Assembly (NCBI GenBank): GCA_028023455.1
Contig: JAQFVV010000004.1
Location: 16,182,001-16,246,000 of the forward strand
DNA: 64,000 nucleotides
Source: Epiperipatus broadwayi
Lineage: Eukaryota > Animalia > Onychophora
Reading direction: 5' to 3'
The translations under genes and the position numbers were made by a program. Shown here one piece after another: positions 14,487 to 25,699 of this stretch (the first letter of the stretch is position 1; each line of letters opens with the position of its first letter). Below the pieces are notes generated by a model. It ran no database searches, had not been told where the DNA came from, and saw only the letters and a list, made by a program, of their open reading frames with translations.

Positions 14487-14737
14487 GAACACATCATCAT
14501 CATCAACCATTATCAATCCACTGCAGGATGAAGGTCTCTCCAAGTTCAATCCATTTTTTTTGATCTTTAGCTTCTCTTCTCCACATCACCCCTGCACACT
14601 TTTTTATTTCATCCATCCATCTCACATGTGGTCTCTTTCTGGGTCTTTTACAGTCTCTTGGAATCCAGTTTAAAATTTCAATTGTCCATCTATTATCATC
14701 TCTTCTAGCAATATGTCCAGCCCAACTCCACTTCACA
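14487..14737 (-). mobile_element. RTE-clade LINE 3' end
   Basis: KWSWAGHIARRDDNRWTIEILNWIPRDCKRPRKRPHVRWMDEI followed by a (GAT)n tail; homologous to 43950-44401. Confidence 0.9.
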
Positions 14738-15156
14738 CATAAATACAAAAATATATTGGAAAATGATTGTTAAACATTTTCTTGATTTTATTATATTTAT
14801 GCAAAAATTTACTACATTAAATATTAAATTCAATTCTTCATTTTTTGTAATCCAAATAATTGCAATATTTTAATATTTTCATAGAGAATAAGCATTACCA
14901 GTATTTATAATCAGATGGTTTTATCTCTTATAGCCATAATATTAACTAAGATCTGTAGAGTTATCTAGTCACATGCAATGCTTCACATAACTTTACTGTA
15001 TAAATTTATTAATTTATAAACATGAAATATAATAAAGAATTGAAAGGCTTTATTGTTCAAAATTTTATAAGAAGTTTGATCATCATAAATGGGTGCCATC
15101 TGATAACCATATCCTCCACAGTCTGCCATTCAATTACTTTACAAAACTATTCAGGG

Positions 15157-15271
15157 TAAAACAAACAGGATTCCCAGACAGTTACCCCTCTAAGTACTAA
15201 CTGAGCCTAATGTTGCTTAACTTCATTGATCATATGAGAACTGCTATGGTCAATATAGTGGGATCACGGGC
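15157..15271 (-). pseudogene. 5S rRNA pseudogene or 5S-derived SINE head
   Basis: The reverse complement contains GAAGTTAAGCAACATTAGGCTCAGTTAGTACTTAGAGGGGTAACTGTCTGGGAATCC, matching the box A/box C region of animal 5S rRNA with CpG-type decay. The terminal helix is broken. Confidence 0.85.
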
Positions 15272-16244
15272 AATATTTTTTTCTTACAAATACTTTGCAT
15301 GCCTCATAAACCTAATATAAATTTTAGATTTTTATGACAAATTATTTTTATTTAACATTGAATTATTACAAATAATATTAATAAAAACATAAAAGAAATG
15401 CTTACCTATTTAAGTTAAAATTGTATATACATGTAATTCATTTTATTTTGAAATATCACAATTTTAAAATTATTGTGCCTTTCAGGATTTAAAATGATTT
15501 ATCAAAATAAGATAAGTTCTATTTTTTAAAATCATTATACAAATTTTAAATAAATATTTAATATAATGATGGTTAGAAATTTACTATTGGTACATAAAAA
15601 AAAAACTTCAATTCTTATTTTTTATGTTTAGCCATTATTTCTATTTTGTTTTTATTTATTTTAAATTAATAGAAATAAATTTTTAAAATAGATGTTGTTT
15701 TGTTTTTATAGGTCATGTACACTTGAATATATATATATTCACATAGAATTCATATTTTAACTAATTTTTATCAATTTAACTTATTTATTAATGTAGCTAC
15801 TACAGAAATTATAAGTGTATATCTTTCTGATACTATGTTAGCTGACCTAAAGGAATTGAAATATTTAGGAAAGGTTCCAATTCATGCATTTTGGACCAAT
15901 GACAGTATATCTGTATAGTTTTTTTTGTTCATATCAGCAGTATGCTTTTTTCAGTAAAACTTCACTGAAAAAAATAATCATACTATAAAGTGCACTTGAC
16001 ATTATTAAAACAGAAACAGTATTTGAAGTCAATACTACCTATCCATACACGTATGTGTGCAATCATGCACATATCGTGCTTAAGAGTTTCAATACTTTAG
16101 ATCAGGGATGGACAACCTATGGCACATGCACCAAAAATGAAGCATTACATAATTAGAAGTGGCGCACTTATCCTTAGAGAAAAAATTTAAAATTTCTTAT
16201 ATATTGCATTAATTCATTTAATATCAACTCTTTTTTTTTTTGCA

Positions 16245-16436
16245 CAGACATTTATAAAGAAAAGGTAAATGTGTTATTTTAAAAATTTGGCCTTATTCAT
16301 GCTAAGCATGCATGCTTTCAGTAAATGCAAACCATAATCATAGATATATATGGTATGCATTATACTGAAAGCATGCTCAGCATGAATAGAGCTAATTTTT
16401 AAAATATCATGACTACCTTTGCTTTATAAATATCTG
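16245..16436. repeat. ~190-bp fold-back within the left end of the hAT element
   Basis: CAGACATTTATAAAG...ATTCATGCT...GCATGCTTTCAGTA mirrored by TACTGAAAGCATGC...AGCATGAAT...CTTTATAAATATCTG. Confidence 0.75.
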
Positions 16437-18676
16437 AACATTTATATGTTTAAATTTTATATACAGTATATATAAAAACATAGAATTAACCTACCATTGA
16501 ATTCTAGAATGCACACTTATTATACTTGTTTGATCTTGAACTAACAGACATCAGCAAATGCTGACATGTGTCACCATAGTTACTCAATTGACTCTCATGT
16601 CATAATGTTCAATGGACTTCTGATTCAATGTTTACAAACAATTCTGTGTTTTTGAACTTATATGTTTTTATTAACAATTCTTTAAGTCTTAAAAATAATT
16701 AATTTTCATTTTGAATGTGTATGTCATTTTTGTTATCCATTCCCCTAATTTGCTGATTACTGAAGCCTACAATTTTTCAGTGTATATGTGTGTGTTTTTA
16801 TGTTTTTTTATACAATACCTTTCTTTTTTATTTACATACAGTAAGTGTATTTTTAAAATTTAACTGATCATTAGCAAAGCTTTTGTAATGATGATGTTGG
16901 GTTGTGGGTATGATTGCTAACTGATCGACTTTTTTATGAGAGAAAACAATCCCTTTATTTCATAGACATAATATATTATAAGAGATAAATGAAAACTCTA
17001 TGAATATATATAAATATATAATTTTTAAACTTATAGAACTGTATTAGTCTTTCATGAAAACGGGAAAGCTATTTTAAACTTGTAGAACTGTTTTTGAATA
17101 TTAATACTGTTTAAAATGATAAAATAATTTAAATAAATTACTTAATAATAATCTTTACTTTTTCAAATAATTTTTTTTCAGTCAGTTACCCATTACTTTG
17201 AAAAGAAAATGAGCAGAAGAAAAACAAATTATAACAAACTGTGAGAAAATGAATTCTTATTTATTGTGGATCCTTCAGGAAAATCATTGTGCATTGATTG
17301 TGAAATAACTCTCTCAGACAATAGAAGATATGATTTTAACAGACTTTATAGAAAACATCAAACTGAATTAGATTAAAAAATGAAGTTGGATCTGAGTTGT
17401 GAAAAGAATATATCATTAAAATAAAAACGAGACAAAATGTATTTGTGAAATAAAGTTGTGAAAATGTGGCAATTCTGGAAATGTCTTCTGAAATTACCTT
17501 TGGATTGATTAAAAAACCAATGCCTTTCTCTGATGGAGAGAAGGTTGTTAAATCCTGTCTTGAAAAATTTGCAAAATGTCTTGGTGATAAGAATCCTGAA
17601 AGAAAAATAAACAAAACGGTTCTGTTCAAGTAAACAGTTACACAATGCATCGAAGAACTTTCCTGTTATGTTGAGCAATTGAAAGACCAAGTCTATGCTT
17701 GTTCTTCTTTCCTTTCACCTTAAACGAATTCACTAATATATATTATGTAGCCCACTTTTATAAGAGGAATTGGTGATAATTTTAATATCTTTGAAGAACT
17801 TATCAATCTTGAGTACTTTATGGAAAAAACAGAGGATCAGATATATTTGGCAAAGTAAAGTCATATCTAGAAAATCAATAACTAGATTCTAGTAAACTCA
17901 TTAATGTTTGCATCAATGATAGGTGGGGTTTATGGAACTATAACTTTGCTTGAAAGCTTTTTAGGTCATTTTCTACTAAAGTATCACTGTATTATATGTG
18001 AAGAGTATCTGTATGGAAAAAACTAAATCTGAAGCATGTTATGATGTCAGTTATAAAATATGTGAATCAAAATTAGAGTAAAAGGTTAAACAGAACTCAG
18101 AGAATATTGTGAACTGTTAGATATGGATTATGGTGATCTCATCCTTTGTTATGAGATGTGTCAGCTTCTTAGAGGACAAGTTCTTAATAGATTTTGGAAA
18201 CTGAAAGACTTTTCACAATTTTCTTGAAGAGAAGAAAGAATTGCATGAGGGAAAAACCCTGTTATGTGATGAGAAGTGGCTATTTGATTTAGCATTTTTA
18301 GTTGATGTTACCAGCCACCTCAATGATCTAAATTTGAAACCACAGGGCATCATCAAATTGTTTCTTAGCTTCGTAAATATGTGTATTTAAAATGAAATTA
18401 AAACTGTCATCTACCAGTTAGAAAACAGCAGTTTAAGTCAATTTCCAAATTTAAAAGAATATAGTGATTCTATTGAAGATAATGGAAACTTTACAGAATA
18501 TACTGAGAAACTCAGATTATTGAAAGAGTCCTTTAACAATTGTTTTAGAGATTTTGCCAAAAAAGAAGGCTTCATACTTGCATTTATAAATCCCTTTCAC
18601 CTATTGAATAAAAAATCTTGACAATACCTAGTAACATACAAATGGAATTTATTGATCTCAAAACAAATTCTTTATT

Positions 18677-19311
18677 ATATTTTAGATCTAACGTCTGAAT
18701 ATTTAACATCTCACTGACAAGAGCCATTAATTCAAAAACAGTTTGGGGATAGGGGTAATTCAAGATAGAGATTTTATGTGCTTTTTATAGCATTTATTGA
18801 AAAGCTTGTTTAGAGCTATTAGCATGATCATTATATTATTTTTGTAATACAAGCTTATTAAGTCAAGTCATGCAATGTATGATTTGATTTTCTTACTATT
18901 ATAGTTTTGCTTTGGTGGTGTTATATTGCTAAGTCTATTAATATATAGTGTAGCTGAAAATTATTCCGATCCATATGCTATTTGAATTAGATAGCTGGAT
19001 TTGAAGACATATAGATGTTTGAAAATTTCAGATTTTCTATTTAATAGTTAAGTATTAGATAAATTCTGAGCTTGAGTTAGTATTTCAGAACTAGTTACTG
19101 AATATTCTAGCACTTCCCTGATGAGAGCCATTAGCTTGAAACCAGTTTGGGAATAGGCATAATTCAAGCTAGAGATTTTAAATGCTTTCTCTTGTGGCAT
19201 TCATCGAAAAAGCTTGTTTAGAGAGAGCTATTAGCACACTCATTATATTATTTTTGTAATATAAGTTTATTAAGTCACATAATGTATGACTTGATTTTCT
19301 TACTACTTATT
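18677..19311 (+). mobile_element. Family B2 hammerhead-bearing tandem element (~1.5 monomers of 404 nt) inserted in the hAT transposase
   Basis: A ~190-bp direct repeat starts at hammerhead positions 18714 and 19118. The transposase reading resumes across the junction (NSLL|..MKFNEL), with a short TTATT duplication. Confidence 0.8.
19112..19153 (+). ncRNA. Minimal type I hammerhead ribozyme motif (family B2)
   Basis: ACTTCC-CTGATGA-GAGC-CATTA-GCTT-GAAA-CCAG-TT-TGGGAA. The core is intact, with one mismatch at the base of stem I. Confidence 0.75.
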
Positions 19312-19600
19312 GTAAATGAAATTTAATGAACTTCATTTCTCCCAAATATTTATAATTAATTTCTGGCAATTGTTAATTTGTGAGTATTTTCCAGAACTGA
19401 GAAAATTTGCTCATATCTATCATTTTGGAACAACATACAGATGTAACATCTTCATCCATGAAAACAATTAAGAATAAATTATGGTCATGACTAACTGATT
19501 CAAAATTTGAAAAGCTGCTTAATGCTTTTTGTAACTCATTTAACTCCAAACATTACAAGCTCAGCAAAAGCAAAGCAATTTCTAAATTCTTATTAAAGTA

Positions 19601-20046
19601 TTATTATTATTGTTATATATAGAGTTCACAAATAAGCTCTTAACAAGCCTTGCAGAATATCCCCAACCTCGCACCGCTTTCTCTACTGGCTTCCTCAGTG
19701 AGGTGCTAGGATATTTAGGAATTAGATTAAAAAATACCAGGACAAACCCAGCACTTTATCTAATGGATAACTATTAAGTAGAAAATCTGCAATTTTCAGA
19801 CTTTCATATGTCTTCCAATCCAGCTATCTAACTTAAATAGCCATATGGAACTGAACCAAGTTCAAATACACTATATATTAATAATTTTAGCAGTATAAAA
19901 TCACCAAAGCCTTAATAGCAAAAAATAAAATTACAAAGAAATCAAGTCATATGTCACATGACCTAATTTAACAAGCTTGTATTACAAATGTTATATATAG
20001 AGCTTGCAAATTAGGTGATGTGACATATGACTTGATTTCTTTGTAA
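19601..20046 (-). mobile_element. Family B hammerhead element, >1 monomer (378-nt period) plus short inverted piece
   Basis: TGTTATATATAGAG repeated at 19611 and 19989; inverted 40-bp piece at 20008-20046; 13-bp TSD TCTTATTAAAGTA (19588-19600, 20047-20059); degenerate hammerhead at 19666-19704. Confidence 0.85.
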
Positions 20047-21150
20047 TCTTATTAAAGTAATTAATGTTCATCTTGTCTTTATATGAAAACCTTTTATTTA
20101 AAAGTGTTTATTTTTTCCATATATATATAATAAATCATTTTATACATAACTTAAATATATCCATAGTACCATATTTTAAAAGATCTGAAAAGGGGTATAA
20201 GTTTGTATGGCTTATCTTAAAATCGAGACATGAACTATAAAAGGTTGGCTACCCCTACTTTAGATAAAATTGATTCAAATATTAATGATTGTATTAATAT
20301 AATTTATAGGTGCAATGATTTATATTGTAAAGATTAATGTGTCAATAATAAATCAATAATAGATTTTAGTGTGTAATTACACTGTTTAAGAAAATTTATT
20401 TAGTCAATTAAAATCTTATTCACATTTTAAATTATTGTTAAAAATGTTAGTAGCTAAAATCTCTGCATTTGTCATATATTTAAAGATTTTATTGAGCATC
20501 AAAACATGTACAAAATAAATAAATATGCTCTCTGTAGTGCATTATAAAAGCATTATTTCTTCTTATATTTATACATCTAGCCTTATTTTAATACCTTTGG
20601 GTCATATTTATGGTAAGAGTTGTCTATTTTTTGTTATTGTTATTTTTCCTCCTAGTAAAAGACACTACCATGAGACAGTAAAATTTTCTCTTCATACTAA
20701 AACAATTTATTGTCTGGAGACGCATTTCTGGAAAGATGAGAATGTTGAAATTGCATTGATTTTACAAATGCTTCTATTTCTGGAACATATCGGCAAATTA
20801 TATTTTTTTATTTGAGATAAAATGCAGTTATTTGGTGAATGAATAATTATTTGTATGTGTGTTTATATGTATTTATAGAAATTCTTGGAAAGCATTTGAA
20901 CCCAGTCTTAGACAACATAGAAGAATTATGAACAAACTCTGGTTTAGGAATCAAATGTGGCTCCAAAACTACAGTATGTGGGCCCTGAGATAATATCTTT
21001 TGTCATTGTCAGTTCTTAAATTGTTTTACATTTTTAATGTAACATATATTGGTAATTCACTTTTACATTATACATAAGCTAACTAACAAAGTTTATTTAT
21101 CAGCTCTCATATGTATTTATATATATTGTAGCTTTCAGAAGAAAAAAAAT

Positions 21151-21936
21151 TGTTAAACCACTAAACATCACATGATCACTATCTCTTATACTAGTACATA
21201 ATTGTTATTAAACAAGGCAAAACTCTCCATACAGTAGTGCCACTCTGTGCCAACCATAGTAATCAATGGGTGCCAGAAGGCTTGTGCATAAAATCCCTAT
21301 CTAGTGCCTACTCATCCAATATCCCCAGACTAGTTTCTGGCTTGTGGCCTTCGTCAGTGAGGAGCCTTGGATCTGAGAGCACTGCACCTAGATCTTAGGA
21401 TCTAATGCAACCCCCCAGCAGCCACCTTTTATCTTTACTTAACTACAAAACTATGAGAATGAAATTGAAAACACAATAATATTTTCAATCTAAGCTCAAT
21501 AGCTTATATAGTGATCATGTGATGTTTAGTGGTTTAACACCAATCCTGCCCAATAGGATAGTGGTGGCTATGGTTGTTAAAGAGCCAAAGACACCAAAAT
21601 GTATGGGTGCTGAACTAGTTCAGATCCATATGACTATATAAGCTATTGAGCTTAGATTGAAAATATTATTGTGTTTTCAATTTCATTCTCATAATTTTGT
21701 AGTTAAGTAGAGATAAAAGGTGGCTGCTGGAGGGTTGCATAAGATCCTAAGATCTAGATGCAGTGCTCTCAGATCCAAGGCTCCTCACTGACAAAGCCCA
21801 CAAGCCAGACACTAGTTTGGGGATATTGGATGAGTAGGCACTAGATAGGGATTTTATGCACAAGCCTTCTGGCATCCATTGATTACTCTGGTTGGCACAG
21901 GGTGGCACTACTGTATGGAGAGTTTTGCCTTGTTTA
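21151..21936. mobile_element. Family A large fold-back element with a hammerhead in each arm
   Basis: ~300-bp inverted arms (21209-21510 and 21632-21935); TSD AAAAAAAATTGT; terminal 30-mer TGTTAAACCACTAAACATCACATGATCACT at the left end and its inverse at 21510-21539. Confidence 0.9.
21322..21363 (-). ncRNA. Minimal type I hammerhead ribozyme motif (family A), core intact
   Basis: TCCTCA-CTGACGA-AGGCCACAAGCCA-GAAA-CTAG-TC-TGGGGA: 6-bp stem I, palindromic stem III ACTAGT, GUC cleavage triplet. Confidence 0.85.
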
Positions 21937-22975
21937 AAAAAAAATTGTCATGTGCCAATTTTGAATATTTAAAAAAAAATTATGTCTTTTAATCAGAAAC
22001 TGGTCTACTCTGATATAAAATAAAAAATGTTAGGACTTTATTTTTATCAAATAAGCATATGATCAAACAAGCAATTTTATGTATGTCTAATGATATATAG
22101 AAAGTAATTTTTATGACTTTTCAGAATCTATCAGCAAATCCCTCTGTGCTCAATCACTAAAAAAAATAAGGTCAGCAATTAACTTTTACTAACCTGTATC
22201 AAAGTACTTTCAACCATCTTCAAGATGGATAGGATTACCAATCAATGATCCTGATATTTGGGAGTGTGCTGTGATTAAGGTTTTAATTATTAAATCAGAT
22301 TTTAGTTTTACTTTATGTTATTTTATACTTTTTTCTATTGATATCTTACAGTAAAAAGTATGTGTACATATGTGCAATTATGATAGTATTGTTTTAATTG
22401 AGTTTATTCACTAAAATAATCATTTCTAGATATGTAATAGGAAAAGAATTAATTTTGAAACAGATCTGTATAATTACCTTATTTGTTGAATTTATATTCC
22501 ATCAAGTACAATTATTCATTATAGTTAAGCAATATTGCTGTCTTTTTTAATAACTTAATTATATGTTGCAGTTTATAATGATTTAAATATCTTTGTCTAA
22601 AATTTGTATTCATTTCATACTAGTTACATTAAAACTAAATCTTCTAATTTCTACAGTTTGAATTGGTTTAGAGAAACTAAACTTTGCAAGGAATTTGATA
22701 AGAAAATAATCATTCTTGAAATATGTTGTACAACTTTTAAGATGATAGTATTGGTGACTGAATTTGTTATGCAGATTTATTTTTGAATTGTCAACAAGAA
22801 GTTTAAACTGATGAACAAAAAACTTTATTTGTTTTGTTGTTTTTTAGAAAACAAATTAATTTATCATTATTATTTGAGTTACCGATTTTAATGTATTGAT
22901 CTTACTAAAACACTCTATAAAGGCTTGCTTTCTATAATAGTCTTATTTTTTTTTTTTTATTATACATTTTATGAA

Positions 22976-23016
22976 GGCTATGAATATGAGGCATGGATTC
23001 TCGAAAACGTTAAGCC
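22976..23016 (+). ncRNA. Hammerhead-like motif with atypical core (variant copy 1)
   Basis: GGCT-ATGAATAT-GAG-GCATGGATT-CTC-GAA-AACGTT-A-AGCC. Confidence 0.6.
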
Positions 23017-25699
23017 GATAAACTTTAATACTAATTAATATCTTCTCTAATTAACAATTATATATTTTACATATAGTGAGAAGTAAAGCTATATTTATTA
23101 TGATAGTACTTTGTTAGAGATTTACGAAAGTCACAATCTTTGGAATAGAATAGAATCTCATTCATATAAAGTTTTTTATGTTTACTTTAAAATTTATGAA
23201 TTTTCTTTTACTATTGAGTTTATTATAATCATATGATGTGTCATTTTATAGTTATCTACTTTAAAAAAATTCTGTTTTTTATAGGACTGACAAGGATTTT
23301 CTTTATCTTAATTTACATTATATTTTGCTTTGTATGAAATTTCCTGAAGTGTATAACTAATATAGGTTATTAAAATAAATAACATTCTAAAGTAATTCAA
23401 ACTTATATGGCTAAATAAGTTAGTGATCAAAATTCAGAACCTAGTATTTATGAATTCTTATAACTGATCACTGAAATGACTATCTTTTGTGTATTTTGGC
23501 ATTACTTATTTTCAGCAAAATAGTGAGAACATTTTCATTTATCTCATTGATTAATTTACAATAATGAATATTTAGAAATATTTTGAATTAATTTAAAGTT
23601 ATAAATATTAATTCTTATTAAGTGCAATGTCAGCACGTAATACTTATATAAAGCTAAAACTTTAGTACATGTGCCTTGAGTGCTTAATTTTAGCAAGAGA
23701 GACCTCTACAAATCATAACATGAGATTCGACTTTATAAAGATAAGAGGGACCCTCTTATATCTAACCTATTTTTCTTAAAATTGTGACAGTAGAAAAATG
23801 ATCCCAAGAGGGAGAGAGAGAGACTATTTATATGCCCTATCTCTGCATGCCAAATCTATACCAGTATAAAATGAGAACATGAGAATTCATTTTATTAATG
23901 TTCCAAATCTTTAGGCAAGCTAAATCTGCAAATGTACAAAACGAGAAAAGTTTAATTAATCTATTTATCACAATAAAATACCAACACATATGAATATTAA
24001 AATCTGTAAAAGAATAAGTTGATTATATGATAATGTTGACTTTTATATGCCTTATGAATTGTGTAGAGGTAAAATCTTAACTGTACAATACCAAATCTGA
24101 ACTTTAGTATAATGATAAAATTTATATTATTTACTAATTAGATCTTATGTGTTCATGTTTACAATGAGATTCTAAATTATGATTATATATATATTAATTT
24201 GAATAAGATTCTTAATTTGAGAATTTAATAAATAATATTTTATTTACAAAATTGAATAATAAAACAATGAATATGCTGTAATAATTTAAATTAATGTATC
24301 ATAGAATATTATATCTATTTAAACTATTTAGTGATGCAAGACATTAGACATTCTCTCTCAAACCACAAAAAATATCCATTTATCTTTTGTCTCCAATAGC
24401 CAATATATATATCATATTAAAAAAATATTAATTTGTTATAGTTTGCCTTCTGAACATTTAACAGCAAACAAAACAAATCAATACTTAAAAATTTATTATA
24501 ATTGTTAAATATAAAACTAAAATTAATTATTCAAATTTTCTGCTGGTTTATTATATATTTAAGCATACACATACACTTAAAACAACCACAATAATAAATA
24601 ATACAAATAATAATTATAAATAAATCATACAATCTGTTTTATCAAATGATAAGATATTGATCAATGTCTATACACAAAAGTTTCACTGTTTTTTAATTAC
24701 ATTCCACAAAGAAAATTCACAAAGAGAATCTGTGAAATTGTGATATTTTTTAAAACAGTAATTCCCCCAAAAGAATTAAATATATATATATATCCATAGT
24801 TTATGTAGAAAAATAATTCTTAATGAATCATAGCAAGATTTCACACTGTAGTTAATGTTAAAAAACAATTATTTATTTATCCTTTAAAAAATGATTAAGT
24901 GGTTATTTAGACTCATATTTATTTTATGTGAATTTATAATCCTTAACAAAGCATTTATTTTCTTGGTTAACAACAAATATACAAATGCTTAATATTACAA
25001 TTCACATGGTAAGTTAAACTTTTCCAATATTCTTTTTTTAAAAACCATAATTATTCCATCTGGGAAATTATTATTTTAATCCTTGATAAATTATTGATTT
25101 GTTGGCATATACATCCAAATCTATATATATATTACTTCATTGAGTTTTAAATAAGCATTTTTAAAACTTCTTTTCTAGAATGCTTCAATAAATAAATTTC
25201 ACTTTTAGTTGTTATTTTAGGTTTCTATCAAAGCAAATACTAAATTCTCTATTTAGATCTTTATATTGTTGTTTATATAAAGCTTTTTAAAAAATAATAT
25301 CATTTTTTAAAAAAAAAAATTAATGCTTAACATATATTAACTGATCTGATAGAAATACATCATATATAGTGTGATGATCGCACATACTGCGGTCACACAT
25401 GTATATGTAAAACATACAAAACTTAGAAATGTTTGGGTTGGAAATAAATAAATAAATAAAGAAAGAAAAATGAGCTTAAAAGTTAACAAAAATCAAGAAA
25501 TGTTGAAAATGAATAAAACAAAGGAAAAGAGAGGGAACTAGAATTACCAAGATCGTTATCTTTTGCTATTCAAAGTCTGAATTTCGAGAAAAGTAAAATA
25601 TTAAATTATAATACTAAAAGCATAAGCTAGAAAAATTAAAGCAGAAAAGAAACCTAAAGAAAACATGTAGTAAATATGATTGTGGGGAAAATAAAGTTT

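Larger units (their letters stand above)
17209..19596 (+). pseudogene. Disrupted hAT transposase (GTF2IRD2/SPIN-like)
   Basis: Motifs PFSDGEKVVKSCLEK, TVTQCIEELS, RGQVLNRFW, WLFDLAFLVDVTSHLNDLNLK, MEFIDLKTNSLL and FGTTYRC across shifting frames; interrupted by the 18677-19311 insertion. Confidence 0.9.
16103..20257 (+). mobile_element. hAT DNA transposon (Buster/SPIN-like), decayed, with nested insertions
   Basis: TIRs CAGGGATGGACAACC and GGTTGGCTACCCCTA; perfect 8-bp TSD CTTTAGAT (16095-16102, 20258-20265) of the nnnTAnnn Buster type. Confidence 0.92.

Noticed and set aside
23741-23765. ATAAGAGGG-A-CCCTCTTAT palindrome as a Helitron 3' end
   Set aside because: Spacing to a CTRR terminus is wrong and no second copy or 5' TC end was identified.
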